64,000 nt of DNA, taken from NCBI GenBank assembly GCA_945873305.1, contig CAMCCX010000002.1, positions 10,797 to 74,796 of the forward strand, read 5' to 3'. The notes under the pieces were generated by a model. That model worked only from the letters and a program-made list of their open reading frames with translations. It was not told the DNA's origin and made no database searches. Position 1 is the first letter of the stretch, and each line of letters opens with the position of its first letter. The position numbers and the translations under genes are program-made. Below are positions 48,458-60,731 of this stretch, piece by piece. This DNA is from Akkermansia muciniphila (GTDB lineage: Bacteria > Verrucomicrobiota > Verrucomicrobiia > Verrucomicrobiales > Akkermansiaceae).

Positions 48458-49216
48458 ATGAAACTCATTTCCTGGAACGTAAACGGCATCCGCGCCACCA
48501 TTGGCAAAGGCTTCGGAGATTTTGTGACGGCGGAAAAACCGGACATCCTCTGCCTGCAGGAAACCAAGGCGCGCCCGGAACAAGTCCAGCTGCCGCTGGA
48601 GCTCGGCGGCTATCACGGCTACTGGGATTCCGCGCAGAAACCCGGCTACTCCGGCGTCGCGGTGTTCACGCGCGAGAAACCGCTCGATTTCAGAACCGGC
48701 CTCGGCATCGACGAGCACGACCAGGAAGGCCGCGTGCTGACGCTGGAATATCCCGAGTTCCACCTCGTGAATGTTTACACGCCGAACTCGCAGGACGCGC
48801 TCCGCCGGCTTCCCTATCGGATGACCTGGGACCAGGCGTTCCGCCGCCACGTCGCCGAGCTGGCGAAAACCAAGCCCGTCATTTTCTGCGGCGACCTCAA
48901 CGTGGCCCATCAGGAAATCGACATCGCCCGGCCCAAGGACAACCGCTTTTCCGCGGGATTTTCCGACGAGGAGCGCGCCAGCTTCGGCGAGCTGCTAGGC
49001 GCCGGCTTCACCGACACCTTCCGCCATTTCTATCCGGACAAGCGCGAGGCGTATTCCTGGTGGTCGTTCCGCGGCGGCGCGCGGGAGCGCAACGTCGGCT
49101 GGCGGATCGACTACTTCGGCGTCTCCTCGCCGTTCATGAGCCGGGTGAAAGACGCGGAGATCCTGCCGCACGTCCACGGCTCCGACCATTGCCCGGTGGG
49201 CATCACGCTGGCGTGA
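48458..49216 (+). CDS. xth: Exodeoxyribonuclease III
   Basis: ISWNVNGIRA, CLQETK, CGDLNVAH, GWRIDY, SDHCPV. Confidence 0.95.
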   Translation: MKLISWNVNGIRATIGKGFGDFVTAEKPDILCLQETKARPEQVQLPLELGGYHGYWDSAQKPGYSGVAVFTREKPLDFRTGLGIDEHDQEGRVLTLEYPEFHLVNVYTPNSQDALRRLPYRMTWDQAFRRHVAELAKTKPVIFCGDLNVAHQEIDIARPKDNRFSAGFSDEERASFGELLGAGFTDTFRHFYPDKREAYSWWSFRGGARERNVGWRIDYFGVSSPFMSRVKDAEILPHVHGSDHCPVGITLA

Positions 49217-49348
49217 AAACGGAGTCCAGGTGTGTTCGTGACCCCCGAGTCCTTTTTGCGGGCCTGAAAAATTTCCCCTTTTTCGGATTGCCACGCGGAA
49301 AAGCCGTCCCTAGCTTCCGCCTCCCGCGATTTTTAACCTCATTCCGAG

Positions 49349-49504
49349 ATGTCCAAGCACAACAGCCTCAAGTCCAGCGCCACCGTCGGCGGCAAACGTT
49401 CCGTTCTCAAGCGCTTCGAGCGCGTCAAACTCCTCAAGGAGCGCGGCGAATGGAAAGCCGGCAAGTCCCCAGTCGGACTGCCCAAGACCAAGCACGAGGG
49501 CTAA
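49349..49504 (+). CDS. PVC-superphylum small basic protein (51 aa)
   Basis: Manual translation MSKHNSLKSSATVGGKRSVLKRFERVKLLKERGEWKAGKSPVGLPKTKHEG*; below the ORF-track cutoff. Confidence 0.85.
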   Translation: MSKHNSLKSSATVGGKRSVLKRFERVKLLKERGEWKAGKSPVGLPKTKHEG

Positions 49505-49580
49505 TCCTCTGGCTTCGGACGAAACCACTTTCTAAAAACGCGCGGATCCCACCGGGTTCGCGCCTTTTGTATTTATTTCC

Positions 49581-50345
49581 ATGGCAACCAACGACGGCAC
49601 CCGCCTCAACAAATACCTCGCCTCCTGCGCGGTCGGCTCGCGCCGCGCCTGCGACGAGCTCATCAAGGCCGGTCGCGTCGAGGTCAACGGCAGCCCGTGC
49701 ATCAACATGGGAACCCGCATTTCGCCCGGCGACCACGTGAAGCTGGACGGCAAGCGCGTGGCACCGCGCGAGACGATGATCGTCGCCTTCCACAAGCCGC
49801 GCGGCTTCGTCTGCACCCGCGAGGACGAGCTCGGCCGCGACACGATTTACTCGATGCTGCCCGCCTCGCTGCACTCGCTGCACCACGTCGGGCGGCTGGA
49901 CATGGACTCGGAAGGCCTGCTGATTCTGACCAACGACGGCGATCTCTCGCAGCAGTTGATGCATCCCTCGAAATCCATCGAGAAGGAATATCTCGTCACC
50001 TCGAACCAAGCGTTCGAAAACGCCCACCTCGACCAATTCCTCGAAGGCGTCTTCACCACCGAAGGGAAATTGAAGGCGAAATCCATCGAGCGCCTCTCGT
50101 CGCGCCGCCTCAAGGTGGTGCTCGACCACGGCGCGAAACGCCAGATCCGCGTGATGTTCGACACCCTCGGCTATCAGGTGACCAAGCTGCTGCGCGTCCG
50201 CATCGGCGCGCTGTGGCTCGGCGATTTGGAACCCGGCGCCTGGGCGGCTTTGAACTCGGTGGAAATCCAGATGCTGCTGGGAAATCCGAAACCCGCGAAG
50301 AAGCGCGAGGCCTCGGACGAGACCCGTAAAAAAAGACCCAACTAA
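49581..50345 (+). CDS. RsuA/RluB-family pseudouridine synthase
   Basis: S4 domain RLNKYLA...SRR, HKPRG, VGRLDMDSEGLL, RQIRVM. Confidence 0.9.
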   Translation: MATNDGTRLNKYLASCAVGSRRACDELIKAGRVEVNGSPCINMGTRISPGDHVKLDGKRVAPRETMIVAFHKPRGFVCTREDELGRDTIYSMLPASLHSLHHVGRLDMDSEGLLILTNDGDLSQQLMHPSKSIEKEYLVTSNQAFENAHLDQFLEGVFTTEGKLKAKSIERLSSRRLKVVLDHGAKRQIRVMFDTLGYQVTKLLRVRIGALWLGDLEPGAWAALNSVEIQMLLGNPKPAKKREASDETRKKRPN

Positions 50346-50439
50346 GGCGTTCTCAGGACTTGCCGCGGGAGGAATGGTTTCCTAGGTTACGCCCGCGATG
50401 CGCGGCATGCGTTGTCCTGGCCTGAAAATTTGAGAACCC

Positions 50440-52395
50440 ATGAGTGCCAAAAAAACCGTTTCCAATCACGACCAAGACATCGTTCACGGGCCGTCCAAGG
50501 AATTTTCGGCGAAGGCCCGCATCCCGTCGATGGCGGCCTACAAGAAGCTCTACAAGGAATCGATCGACCAGCCCGAGAAGTTCTGGGCGCGTGAGGCGAA
50601 GGAATTGGTTTGGCAAAAACCGTGGTCCAAAGTGCTCGATTGGAAGCCCCCGCACGCGAAGTGGTTCGACGGCGGCAAGCTCAACGTCTGTGAAAACTGC
50701 GTGGACCGCCACGCCGCCGGCCCCCGCAAAAACAAGGCCGCCATCATCTGGGAGGGCGAGCCCGGCGACAAACGCGTCATCACCTACGGCCAGCTTCAGA
50801 AGGACGTCTGCCGCTTCGCCAACGTGCTCCTCAAAAACGGCGTCAAGGCCAAGGACCGCGTGCTCATTTACATGCCGATGATTCCGGAAGCCGCCATCGC
50901 GATGCTCGCCTGCGCGCGCATCGGCGCGGTGCACAATGTGGTCTTCGGCGGCTTCGCCTCGGAGGCCATCGTCGATCGCCTCGAGGACTCCGGCGCCACC
51001 ACCATCGTCACCGCCGACGGCGGCTGGCGGCGCGGCAAGGTCGTCGCCCTCAAGCCGGTGGTCGATGAGGCGCTCGCGAAATACGACAAGGTCAAGCGCG
51101 TCATCGTCGTCAAACGCTGCGCAAACGAAATCTCGATGGACGCCAAGCGCGACGCGTGGTGGCACGACGAAGTGGCCAGCGTTTCCTCGAAACACGTCGC
51201 CAAGGGCTTCGACTCCGAGCACCCGCTTTTCGTCCTCTACACGTCCGGCTCGACCGGCAAACCGAAGGGAATCCTCCACACCTCCGGCGGCTACCTCACC
51301 GGCACCTACTCGACCTGCAAATACATTTTCGACATGCGCGACGAGGATGTTTACTGGTGCACCGCCGACGTCGGCTGGATCACCGGGCACTCCTACATCG
51401 TTTACGGCCCGCTGGCTAACGGCGTCACCCAGGTGATGTATGAAGGCGCGCCGAACGCACCGGACTTCGGCCGCTTCTGGAAAATGGTCGAGGATTACGG
51501 CGTCACGATTTTCTACACCGCGCCGACCGCGATCCGCGCCTTCATCAAGGCGGGAGACCATTTCCCGAAGGCCCACGACCTATCCTCGCTGCGCCTGCTA
51601 GGTTCTGTTGGCGAGCCGATCAACCCGGAAGCCTGGAACTGGTATCACAAACACATCGGCGGCGGCAGATGCCCGATCGTCGACACTTGGTGGCAGACCG
51701 AGACGGGCGCGATCCTGATTTCCCCGCTGCCCGGCGCCACGCCCTGCAAGCCCGGCACCGCCACGCTGCCGTTCTTCGGCATCGACGCCGCGATCCTCGA
51801 CGACGCGGGCAAGGAATGCAAAAACGGCCAAGACGGACGCCTCGTCATCCGCAAGCCATGGCCGTCGATGATCCGCTCGATTTACGGCGACAAGGAGCGC
51901 TACAAGACCGCCTACTGGTCGGATTACCCCGGCGGCATCTACACGGCGGGCGACGGCGCGCGCCGCGACAAGGACGGCAATTTCTGGATCATCGGCCGCC
52001 TCGACGACGTGCTCAACGTCTCCGGTCACCGTCTCGGCACGGCGGAAATCGAGAGCGCGCTCGTCTCCCATCCCGCGGTTGCGGAAGCCGCAGTGGTCGG
52101 CCGCCCGGACGAGATGAAGGGCCAGGCCGTCGCCGCCTTCGTCACCCTGAAGGGGAATTACGAGGAATCGGAAGCTCTCCGCATCGAGTTGCGCAACCAC
52201 GTCGGCAAAGTCATCGGTGCGATCGCCAAACCGGACGATCTCCACTTCGCTCCGGGCCTGCCGAAAACCCGTTCCGGGAAAATCATGCGCCGCCTCTTGA
52301 AAGAACTCGTTTCCACCGGTAAAATCTCCGGCAACGTGACGACTCTTGAAGACTTCTCCGTCATCGAGAGCCTGCAACGCAAAATTGCCAAATAA
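50440..52395 (+). CDS. acs: Acetyl-CoA synthetase
   Basis: [46 protein letters not shown]. Confidence 0.97.
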   Translation: MSAKKTVSNHDQDIVHGPSKEFSAKARIPSMAAYKKLYKESIDQPEKFWAREAKELVWQKPWSKVLDWKPPHAKWFDGGKLNVCENCVDRHAAGPRKNKAAIIWEGEPGDKRVITYGQLQKDVCRFANVLLKNGVKAKDRVLIYMPMIPEAAIAMLACARIGAVHNVVFGGFASEAIVDRLEDSGATTIVTADGGWRRGKVVALKPVVDEALAKYDKVKRVIVVKRCANEISMDAKRDAWWHDEVASVSSKHVAKGFDSEHPLFVLYTSGSTGKPKGILHTSGGYLTGTYSTCKYIFDMRDEDVYWCTADVGWITGHSYIVYGPLANGVTQVMYEGAPNAPDFGRFWKMVEDYGVTIFYTAPTAIRAFIKAGDHFPKAHDLSSLRLLGSVGEPINPEAWNWYHKHIGGGRCPIVDTWWQTETGAILISPLPGATPCKPGTATLPFFGIDAAILDDAGKECKNGQDGRLVIRKPWPSMIRSIYGDKERYKTAYWSDYPGGIYTAGDGARRDKDGNFWIIGRLDDVLNVSGHRLGTAEIESALVSHPAVAEAAVVGRPDEMKGQAVAAFVTLKGNYEESEALRIELRNHVGKVIGAIAKPDDLHFAPGLPKTRSGKIMRRLLKELVSTGKISGNVTTLEDFSVIESLQRKIAK

Positions 52396-52412
52396 GCCAA
52401 TCGGCCTTTTCC

Positions 52413-53294
52413 ATGACTTCTTCCCGCTATCTCATCGCCCGCGTTGCGCAGACCTTCGGTTATTTCCGAAGGAACCAGCGCATGGCGGATGCCGCAAGTG
52501 AAATGCACCTTTTGCGTGAGGCCGAGGCGCAGCTCGGGATGGCGATCTGGCAGAAGGTCGAGGAGATCGAGGAACTTTCCGTCGAATACTGGAACCTCCG
52601 GAAATTCATCAAGGAGAAGGAGCTGATCCAGAAAAAAATCGGGGACTGCCAGATCGAACTCGACAGGGCTCACGAAGAGCGCGCCAGCAGGCTCAACAAC
52701 ACTCCGGAAGTCCATCAGGAGCTGATGAACCAACGCATCCTGCTTCTCACCGACCTCGAAACCCTCGCCCAGCGGCGCGATGAAATCGTCGCCGAGGCCC
52801 GCGAGGTCCGCCGTGCTTATGACGGTTTCAAGATGAAACTCGAGGTGCTCACTAACGAGTCGAAAGACTCGGAGGAGGGCAAAGCGAAAATCGCCGAGGT
52901 CAAACGCCGCCTTGCCGATCTCAAACTCAAATTCTCCGACCTCAAAAAACAACGCCTCCTCATCGCCACCGAAATCGAAGCGGGCGATGACAAGGTTGAC
53001 CTCGTGGACGAGCAGCTCAACGAGAAGAAAAAGGACCGCCGGATGCATGCCTCCGAAGCTTTCCAAGTGATCAGCGAAGGCAACAAGGAGATCTCCATCC
53101 TGCGCGCGGAAAGCGGGTTGCTAGACACCCAGATGCGCCAGCTCTACGCCGAAATCGGACGTTTCATCAGCCGCAACACCCTCCGCCATCCGGCCTGCGC
53201 CGTCGCGGCGTCATCGCACCAGGGACTCGTGGATGTGATGCGCGCCCTTCGCCGCTCAAGCGCCCTGAACCACCGTCTCGCCGGCAACGCCTGA
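52413..53294 (+). CDS. Coiled-coil hypothetical protein
   Basis: Charged helical composition, clean ORF. Confidence 0.7.
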   Translation: MTSSRYLIARVAQTFGYFRRNQRMADAASEMHLLREAEAQLGMAIWQKVEEIEELSVEYWNLRKFIKEKELIQKKIGDCQIELDRAHEERASRLNNTPEVHQELMNQRILLLTDLETLAQRRDEIVAEAREVRRAYDGFKMKLEVLTNESKDSEEGKAKIAEVKRRLADLKLKFSDLKKQRLLIATEIEAGDDKVDLVDEQLNEKKKDRRMHASEAFQVISEGNKEISILRAESGLLDTQMRQLYAEIGRFISRNTLRHPACAVAASSHQGLVDVMRALRRSSALNHRLAGNA

Positions 53295-53365
53295 CCGGGC
53301 GTTAGCCTGACGCACCCGGACCCGCGCGGGATCCGGATGCGCGCCTTCCGGCCGATGCCCGTCAA

Positions 53366-55558
<2,193 letters not shown>

Positions 55559-55704
55559 CTAGGATGAAATCAATGGATCGGTGAAACGCATGAGGCTGCG
55601 CGCTACCGCGCAGACAGTCGATCACTAGTGTCTCGGAATTCGCCATCGGTAAAGCCTACGCTTTCAATGCTTGCCATTGGAAACGCCTATGGGATGAATG
55701 CCGC

Positions 55705-56598
55705 ATGGATTTGCGGCAGCTCGAATATTTCACCGCCATCATCCGGGAAGGATCGCTGACCGAGGCGGCGAGGCGCTGCCGGATCGCGCAGCCGTCCTTG
55801 AGCCAGCAATTGCGCGCGCTGGAAGACGAGCTCGGCGAAACCCTGGTGCATCGCAAGCCGCGCGGTGTGGAGCCGACGGCGGCCGGGCGGATTCTGTTGG
55901 AGCATGCCGGCCGCGTGCTTGAGGAGGCGCGGTTGCTGCGCGAGCGGTTCGCCACGCGGCGGGATTCGCGCGAGGGCAGCGTCATTTTCGGGATGATTCC
56001 CACCCTCGCGCCGTATTTGCTGCCGCGGCTGCTCTCGCCGTTTCGCGAGTCGTTTCCCAAGGTCGATGTGCAGGTCCGCGAGGCGCGGACGAGCGGGCTG
56101 ATCCAGAAGGTGGTGGATGGCTCGATCGAATTCGCGATTTTGAGCGACGTGACGCCGCAGGATCAGAAAAAATGGTCGTTGCACGTGCGGGAATTATTCC
56201 GCGAGCCGCTGATGTTGGCGCTGCCGCCTTCCCATCCGTTAGCGCGGATTTCCGAGCCGCCGAAGCCGGAGGAACTGCTTCCCGAAACGATGGTCCACCT
56301 GCGGGACGGCCATTGCCTAACCGACCGAACCTTGAAAGTCTGCCGCCTCGAGCGGCTCGATCCGCGGCTCGAATGCGACCAGCTGGAAACCGCCCTCGCG
56401 ATGGTCGAGGCGGGCATGGGAATCGCGGTGGTGCCCGAGCTCGCCGTCCGCTCGCGCCCGCTGCCGGGCGTGGTGATCCGCAGCTTCAGCGAGCCCGTGC
56501 CGGAGCGCACCATCAGCCTGATGAACCGGCGGGCCGCGCCATTATCGGCCGCCGCCTTGGAATTGATCGGACTGACAAAAAATCTCGCCCGCGATTGA
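55705..56598 (+). CDS. LysR-family regulator (OxyR-like), divergent from katG
   Basis: HTH AARRCRIAQPSLSQQ; GHCLTD carries a Cys at the OxyR-like position; adjacent to katG. Confidence 0.85.
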   Translation: MDLRQLEYFTAIIREGSLTEAARRCRIAQPSLSQQLRALEDELGETLVHRKPRGVEPTAAGRILLEHAGRVLEEARLLRERFATRRDSREGSVIFGMIPTLAPYLLPRLLSPFRESFPKVDVQVREARTSGLIQKVVDGSIEFAILSDVTPQDQKKWSLHVRELFREPLMLALPPSHPLARISEPPKPEELLPETMVHLRDGHCLTDRTLKVCRLERLDPRLECDQLETALAMVEAGMGIAVVPELAVRSRPLPGVVIRSFSEPVPERTISLMNRRAAPLSAAALELIGLTKNLARD

Positions 56599-56653
56599 TC
56601 CTTGGCATTCCCCGGTTCTGAAACAATCCTCCGCTTGCGAGCTCTCTGACCCC

Positions 56654-57898
56654 ATGAAAACACTCATCCGAATCGCTCCCATCGCCGCCATCATTTGCAG
56701 TTCGGCAAGCCTCGCCGCGGAAGCTCCGCTCATGCGTTCCCTGTTCAACGGCAAGGATCTGAGCGGCTGGACCGGCTCGGGATACATCGTCGAGGACGGC
56801 GCCATCGTCTGCACCCCGGAGGGCAAAAACCTGATGACCGAGCAGACGTTTTCCAACTACGTCCTCGACTTCGATTTCAAGCTGCCGCCCGGCGGAAACA
56901 ACGGACTCGGCATTCACTATCCGGGCACCGGCAATGCCGCTAACACCGGAATGGAACTGCAAGTCCTCGACAACACCGCGGAGAAATACAAGGACCTCAA
57001 GGAATACCAATTCCACGGCTCGCTCTACACGCTGGCCCCGGCGAAGAAGACCGGCCTCAAGCCCGTGGGCGAATGGAACCACCAACGGGTTAGTGTGTTA
57101 GGCGCGGCGGTCACCGTCGAGCTCAACGGCGAAACCATCCTCAGCGCGAACCTCGACGAGCTGGCAGCCAGTAGCCCGGACCACCAGGGCGTGAAGCGCC
57201 GCGCCGGCCACATCGCCTGGCTCGGCCATGGCGACCGCGTCGCGTTCCGCAACATCGAAATCGCCGAGGTCCCGCCCGCCGCCAACACCGAGGGCGTGAT
57301 GGCCGCCGGATTCACCCGGCTCTTCAACGGCAAAAATCTCGACGGCTGGAAACATGGAAACAGCCCGGAATGGACCGTCACGAACGGCATTCTCAAGCAC
57401 AGCGGCCGTCGCGACGAACCTGCGGATCTCTGGACCGAGAAGGAACACGGCGACTGCACCCTCGTCTTCGATTGGCGCTGGAGCGGCCGCGGCCCGCTGA
57501 AATCCCAACCACTCGTGATGCCCGACGGCTCGCAAAAGGGACAAGACGAGATCGAGGAGTTAGACAGCGGCATTTACCTCCGCGGCAACCCCAAGAACCA
57601 GGTGAACTTGTGGAACCGGCCGATCGGCTCCGGCGAGGTTTACGGCTATCGCACCGATCCCGCGATGCCTGCCGAAATCAAAGCCGGCGTGACGCCCAAG
57701 ACCAAGGCGGACCGCCCGCTCGGCGAGTGGAACCGCACGATGATCACTCTCAAGGGCGACCGTCTCAGCGTCTCGCTCAACGGCCGCGTGGTCATCGAGA
57801 ACGCGCAACTCCCCGGCATTGCGGCCAAGGGCGCGATCGGTCTCCAGCATCACGGCGCGGCAATCGATTTCGCGAATCTTTGGATCAAGGACCAGTGA
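56654..57898 (+). CDS. Tandem DUF1080 (3-keto-disaccharide hydrolase) secreted protein
   Basis: Two LFNGKxLxGW...GEWN...H repeats. Confidence 0.9.
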   Translation: MKTLIRIAPIAAIICSSASLAAEAPLMRSLFNGKDLSGWTGSGYIVEDGAIVCTPEGKNLMTEQTFSNYVLDFDFKLPPGGNNGLGIHYPGTGNAANTGMELQVLDNTAEKYKDLKEYQFHGSLYTLAPAKKTGLKPVGEWNHQRVSVLGAAVTVELNGETILSANLDELAASSPDHQGVKRRAGHIAWLGHGDRVAFRNIEIAEVPPAANTEGVMAAGFTRLFNGKNLDGWKHGNSPEWTVTNGILKHSGRRDEPADLWTEKEHGDCTLVFDWRWSGRGPLKSQPLVMPDGSQKGQDEIEELDSGIYLRGNPKNQVNLWNRPIGSGEVYGYRTDPAMPAEIKAGVTPKTKADRPLGEWNRTMITLKGDRLSVSLNGRVVIENAQLPGIAAKGAIGLQHHGAAIDFANLWIKDQ

Positions 57899-57968
57899 GC
57901 TGATACGCGATCGCGTTATTGGATCACGGCGACTCCGGGTTAGGGTGGAGCCGTATCCACCACCCCAC

Positions 57969-58415
57969 ATGACCTATAACATCCCCCCTGTTTCAAGGCG
58001 CCGCGGCATGACTCTGCTCGAACTGACGGTCGTCATCATGGTTTTGCTCGGCCTGATCTCAGTCCTGTTCATCGGCGCTCGCGCTTGGAAGCGAGGCAGT
58101 GACCGCGCCGGATGCGTGGTGACGCTGCGCAACGTGCAAGTCGCCGCCCGCTCCTACCAGAACATGTACGGCTACAATTACGGTGGCCGCCCCTATGCGG
58201 AAGGCGGCACCCAGGACATCGCCGCACATCTGTTTGCCAAAGGCTACATCGACAGCAAGGTTTACGATCAATCGCGAGGCCTGCAAAAATGCGCTGGAGG
58301 CGGCGCCTACACCTGCCCGCTGCCGGATATTTTCCCGGAGGCGGGCGAGCTTTACATGACCTGCTCGCTCTCCGGCACGGACGATCACGCGCCGGCGTCC
58401 CACGCCGGCTGGTAA
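57969..58415 (+). CDS. Prepilin-type N-terminal cleavage/methylation protein
   Basis: RG^MTLLELTVVIMVLLGL class III signal. Confidence 0.85.
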   Translation: MTYNIPPVSRRRGMTLLELTVVIMVLLGLISVLFIGARAWKRGSDRAGCVVTLRNVQVAARSYQNMYGYNYGGRPYAEGGTQDIAAHLFAKGYIDSKVYDQSRGLQKCAGGGAYTCPLPDIFPEAGELYMTCSLSGTDDHAPASHAGW

Positions 58416-58464
58416 TTGCCTGCTTGGCAGAAGTCCGATTCCAAGCGATGGATGGGGCGTCACC

Positions 58465-59676
58465 ATGCGCTACCGAGATGCCATCGATTGGTTGTTTGCC
58501 ACCCAGCTGTTTGGAATCAAACTGGGACTCGACGGGCCGCGCCAGTTGCTCAAGGAGTTCCTTGCCTATCCGGCGCACGGGGTGCAAGTCATCCACGTCG
58601 CGGGGACCAACGGCAAGGGCAGCACCTGCGCGATGATCGACAGCATCGCGCGCGCCTGCGGGCGGCGCTGCGGGCTTTTCACCTCGCCGCACCTCATCGA
58701 CTACCGCGAGCGGATCAAGGTGAACGGCGAGGAAATCCCGGAAGACGCCTGCGCCGCGATGCTCACCGAGCTGCGAGAGTTATGCGAACGGATGGAAACG
58801 CATCCGACGTTTTTTGAAATCACCCTGGCCTTGGCGATGCGCTGGTTCCGGCTCCGCGAGTGCGAGGTCATCGTGCTCGAAACCGGCATGGGCGGACGGC
58901 TCGACGCCACCACCGCCGTCCCCGCGGACGTCTGCGTGATCACGCCGATCGGCATGGATCACATGCAGTATTTGGGAAATTCCATCGAGGAAATCGCCGC
59001 GGAAAAAGCCGGGATCTTCGTGTGTGGGAAGCCCGCGATTTCCGCTCCGCAAGTGCCCGCCGCGCGCCGGGTGTTGGAAACGGAGGCGAATGAAAAACGC
59101 TCGCCGCTGGAGTTCGTGGAAGAACCGCTGCTAGGCTATCCGATGGCGCTAGCGGGCGAGCACCAGGCATGGAACGCCGCGCTCGCGGTGGCCGCGCTGC
59201 ACCGCTTGGGGATGCCTCTCAGTTCCGACAGCGTCGCCTACGGCCTCCGCAATGTGAGTTGGCCCGGGCGTTTTGAAATCATCCGGCCCGGCGTCATTCT
59301 GGACGGCGCGCACAATCCCCAATCCGCGCAAGTTCTGGCAGATACTTGGAAGCGCGGTTTTCCCGGCAAGCAAGCGTCGCTCGTCTTCAGCGCGGTGGGC
59401 GGCAAGGACATCGCCGGCGTTCTGGAAATCCTCGCCCCGCTCGCCTCGCGGATTTTCCTCTGCCCCGTCGACACGCCGCGGGCGGTTTCGCCCGCAGAAC
59501 TCGCGGGCTATCTGCCAGCGGGCGCGCCGCCGCACGAGACGTTCGGGAGTTTTGAAAAGGCGTTCGCCGCGGCGAGTTCGCACGAAGAACCCGTGCTCGT
59601 GGCGGGCTCGCTCTTTCTCGTCGGCGAGGCGCGGGCCTTGCTAACTTCCGGGAGTTTCCAGCCGAGCTCGCAGTGA
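58465..59676 (+). CDS. folC: Folylpolyglutamate synthase/dihydrofolate synthase
   Basis: HVAGTNGKGST, FTSPHL, ETGMGGRLDAT, LDGAHNP, GSLFLVGE. Confidence 0.95.
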   Translation: MRYRDAIDWLFATQLFGIKLGLDGPRQLLKEFLAYPAHGVQVIHVAGTNGKGSTCAMIDSIARACGRRCGLFTSPHLIDYRERIKVNGEEIPEDACAAMLTELRELCERMETHPTFFEITLALAMRWFRLRECEVIVLETGMGGRLDATTAVPADVCVITPIGMDHMQYLGNSIEEIAAEKAGIFVCGKPAISAPQVPAARRVLETEANEKRSPLEFVEEPLLGYPMALAGEHQAWNAALAVAALHRLGMPLSSDSVAYGLRNVSWPGRFEIIRPGVILDGAHNPQSAQVLADTWKRGFPGKQASLVFSAVGGKDIAGVLEILAPLASRIFLCPVDTPRAVSPAELAGYLPAGAPPHETFGSFEKAFAAASSHEEPVLVAGSLFLVGEARALLTSGSFQPSSQ

Positions 59677-59694
59677 TTTGGAATACCGCCGGTC

Positions 59695-60726
59695 TCACTC
59701 CACCGTCCAGGTGGAGCCGCCGTGGAGCAGTTCCTCCCAAGTGCCGGTGCCTTTTTTCGCCTTGGCGGCCTCGACTTGATCGTGGATCAGCGACTCGTAG
59801 GTCGGACGCTGGATCTGGCGGATCACGCCGATGGGCGTCGGGAAATCCGGCAGGCCCATGGTGGCGAGCATCTGCGAGTAAAGCGGGCTCACGTGGTCGG
59901 GCTCGTGGATGAGGATCTCGGCCGGTGCGGCGGTGGCGGCATCGACCACTTCGGGCACGAGGCCGTTGAGGCGGATGCCCTTTTCCTTGTCCTTACCGAA
60001 GAGCAGCGGCTTGCCAGCCTCGAGGCTGAGCATCTGGTTGTCGCGGTTTTCCTTGCCGTAAACCGGGTCCCACGCGGCGTCGTTGAAGATCACGCAGTTT
60101 TGCAGGATCTCGACAAACGAAACGCCCTGGTGCTCGTGGGCGGCCTTGAAGGTGGCGACCATGTGCTTCGGGTTGTTATCCACGGTGCGGGCGATGAAGG
60201 TGGCTTCCGCGCCGAGCGCGAACAACAGTGGATGGAGCGGATAGTCCACCGAGCCTAACGGCGTGGTCTTGGTCTTGGTGCCGACCGGCGAGGTCGGGCT
60301 GTACTGGCCTTTGGTGAGTCCGTAAATCCGGTTGTTGAACAACAGGACGGTGACGTTGAGGTTGCGCCGCAGCAGGTGGAGCAGGTGGTTGCCGCCGATG
60401 CTGAGTCCGTCGCCGTCGCCGGTGACGATCCAGACGGATAGATCGGGGTTGGCGACCTTGACGCCGGTGGCGACGGTGGGCGCGCGACCATGGATCGTGT
60501 GGAATCCATAGGTGTTCATGTAGTAGGGAAACCGACTGGAGCAGCCAATGCCGCTGATGATGCAGAAGTTTTCCCTCGCGATGCCGAGCTCCGGCAGCGT
60601 GCGCTGGAGCGAGTTGAGGATGGCGTAATCCCCGCAGCCGGGGCACCAGCGGACGTCGTTGGAGGTGACGAAGTCCTTGCGGTTGAGTTCCGGCACGGCG
60701 GGAATGTTTTGAATTTCGGTGGCCAT
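59695..60726 (-). CDS. korB: 2-oxoacid:ferredoxin oxidoreductase beta subunit
   Basis: WCPGCGD, GIGCSSR, GDGDGLSIGGNH, YGLTKGQYSPT; ATG 60726. Confidence 0.9.
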   Translation of the reverse strand: MATEIQNIPAVPELNRKDFVTSNDVRWCPGCGDYAILNSLQRTLPELGIARENFCIISGIGCSSRFPYYMNTYGFHTIHGRAPTVATGVKVANPDLSVWIVTGDGDGLSIGGNHLLHLLRRNLNVTVLLFNNRIYGLTKGQYSPTSPVGTKTKTTPLGSVDYPLHPLLFALGAEATFIARTVDNNPKHMVATFKAAHEHQGVSFVEILQNCVIFNDAAWDPVYGKENRDNQMLSLEAGKPLLFGKDKEKGIRLNGLVPEVVDAATAAPAEILIHEPDHVSPLYSQMLATMGLPDFPTPIGVIRQIQRPTYESLIHDQVEAAKAKKGTGTWEELLHGGSTWTVE

Positions 60727-60731
60727 GGCGA

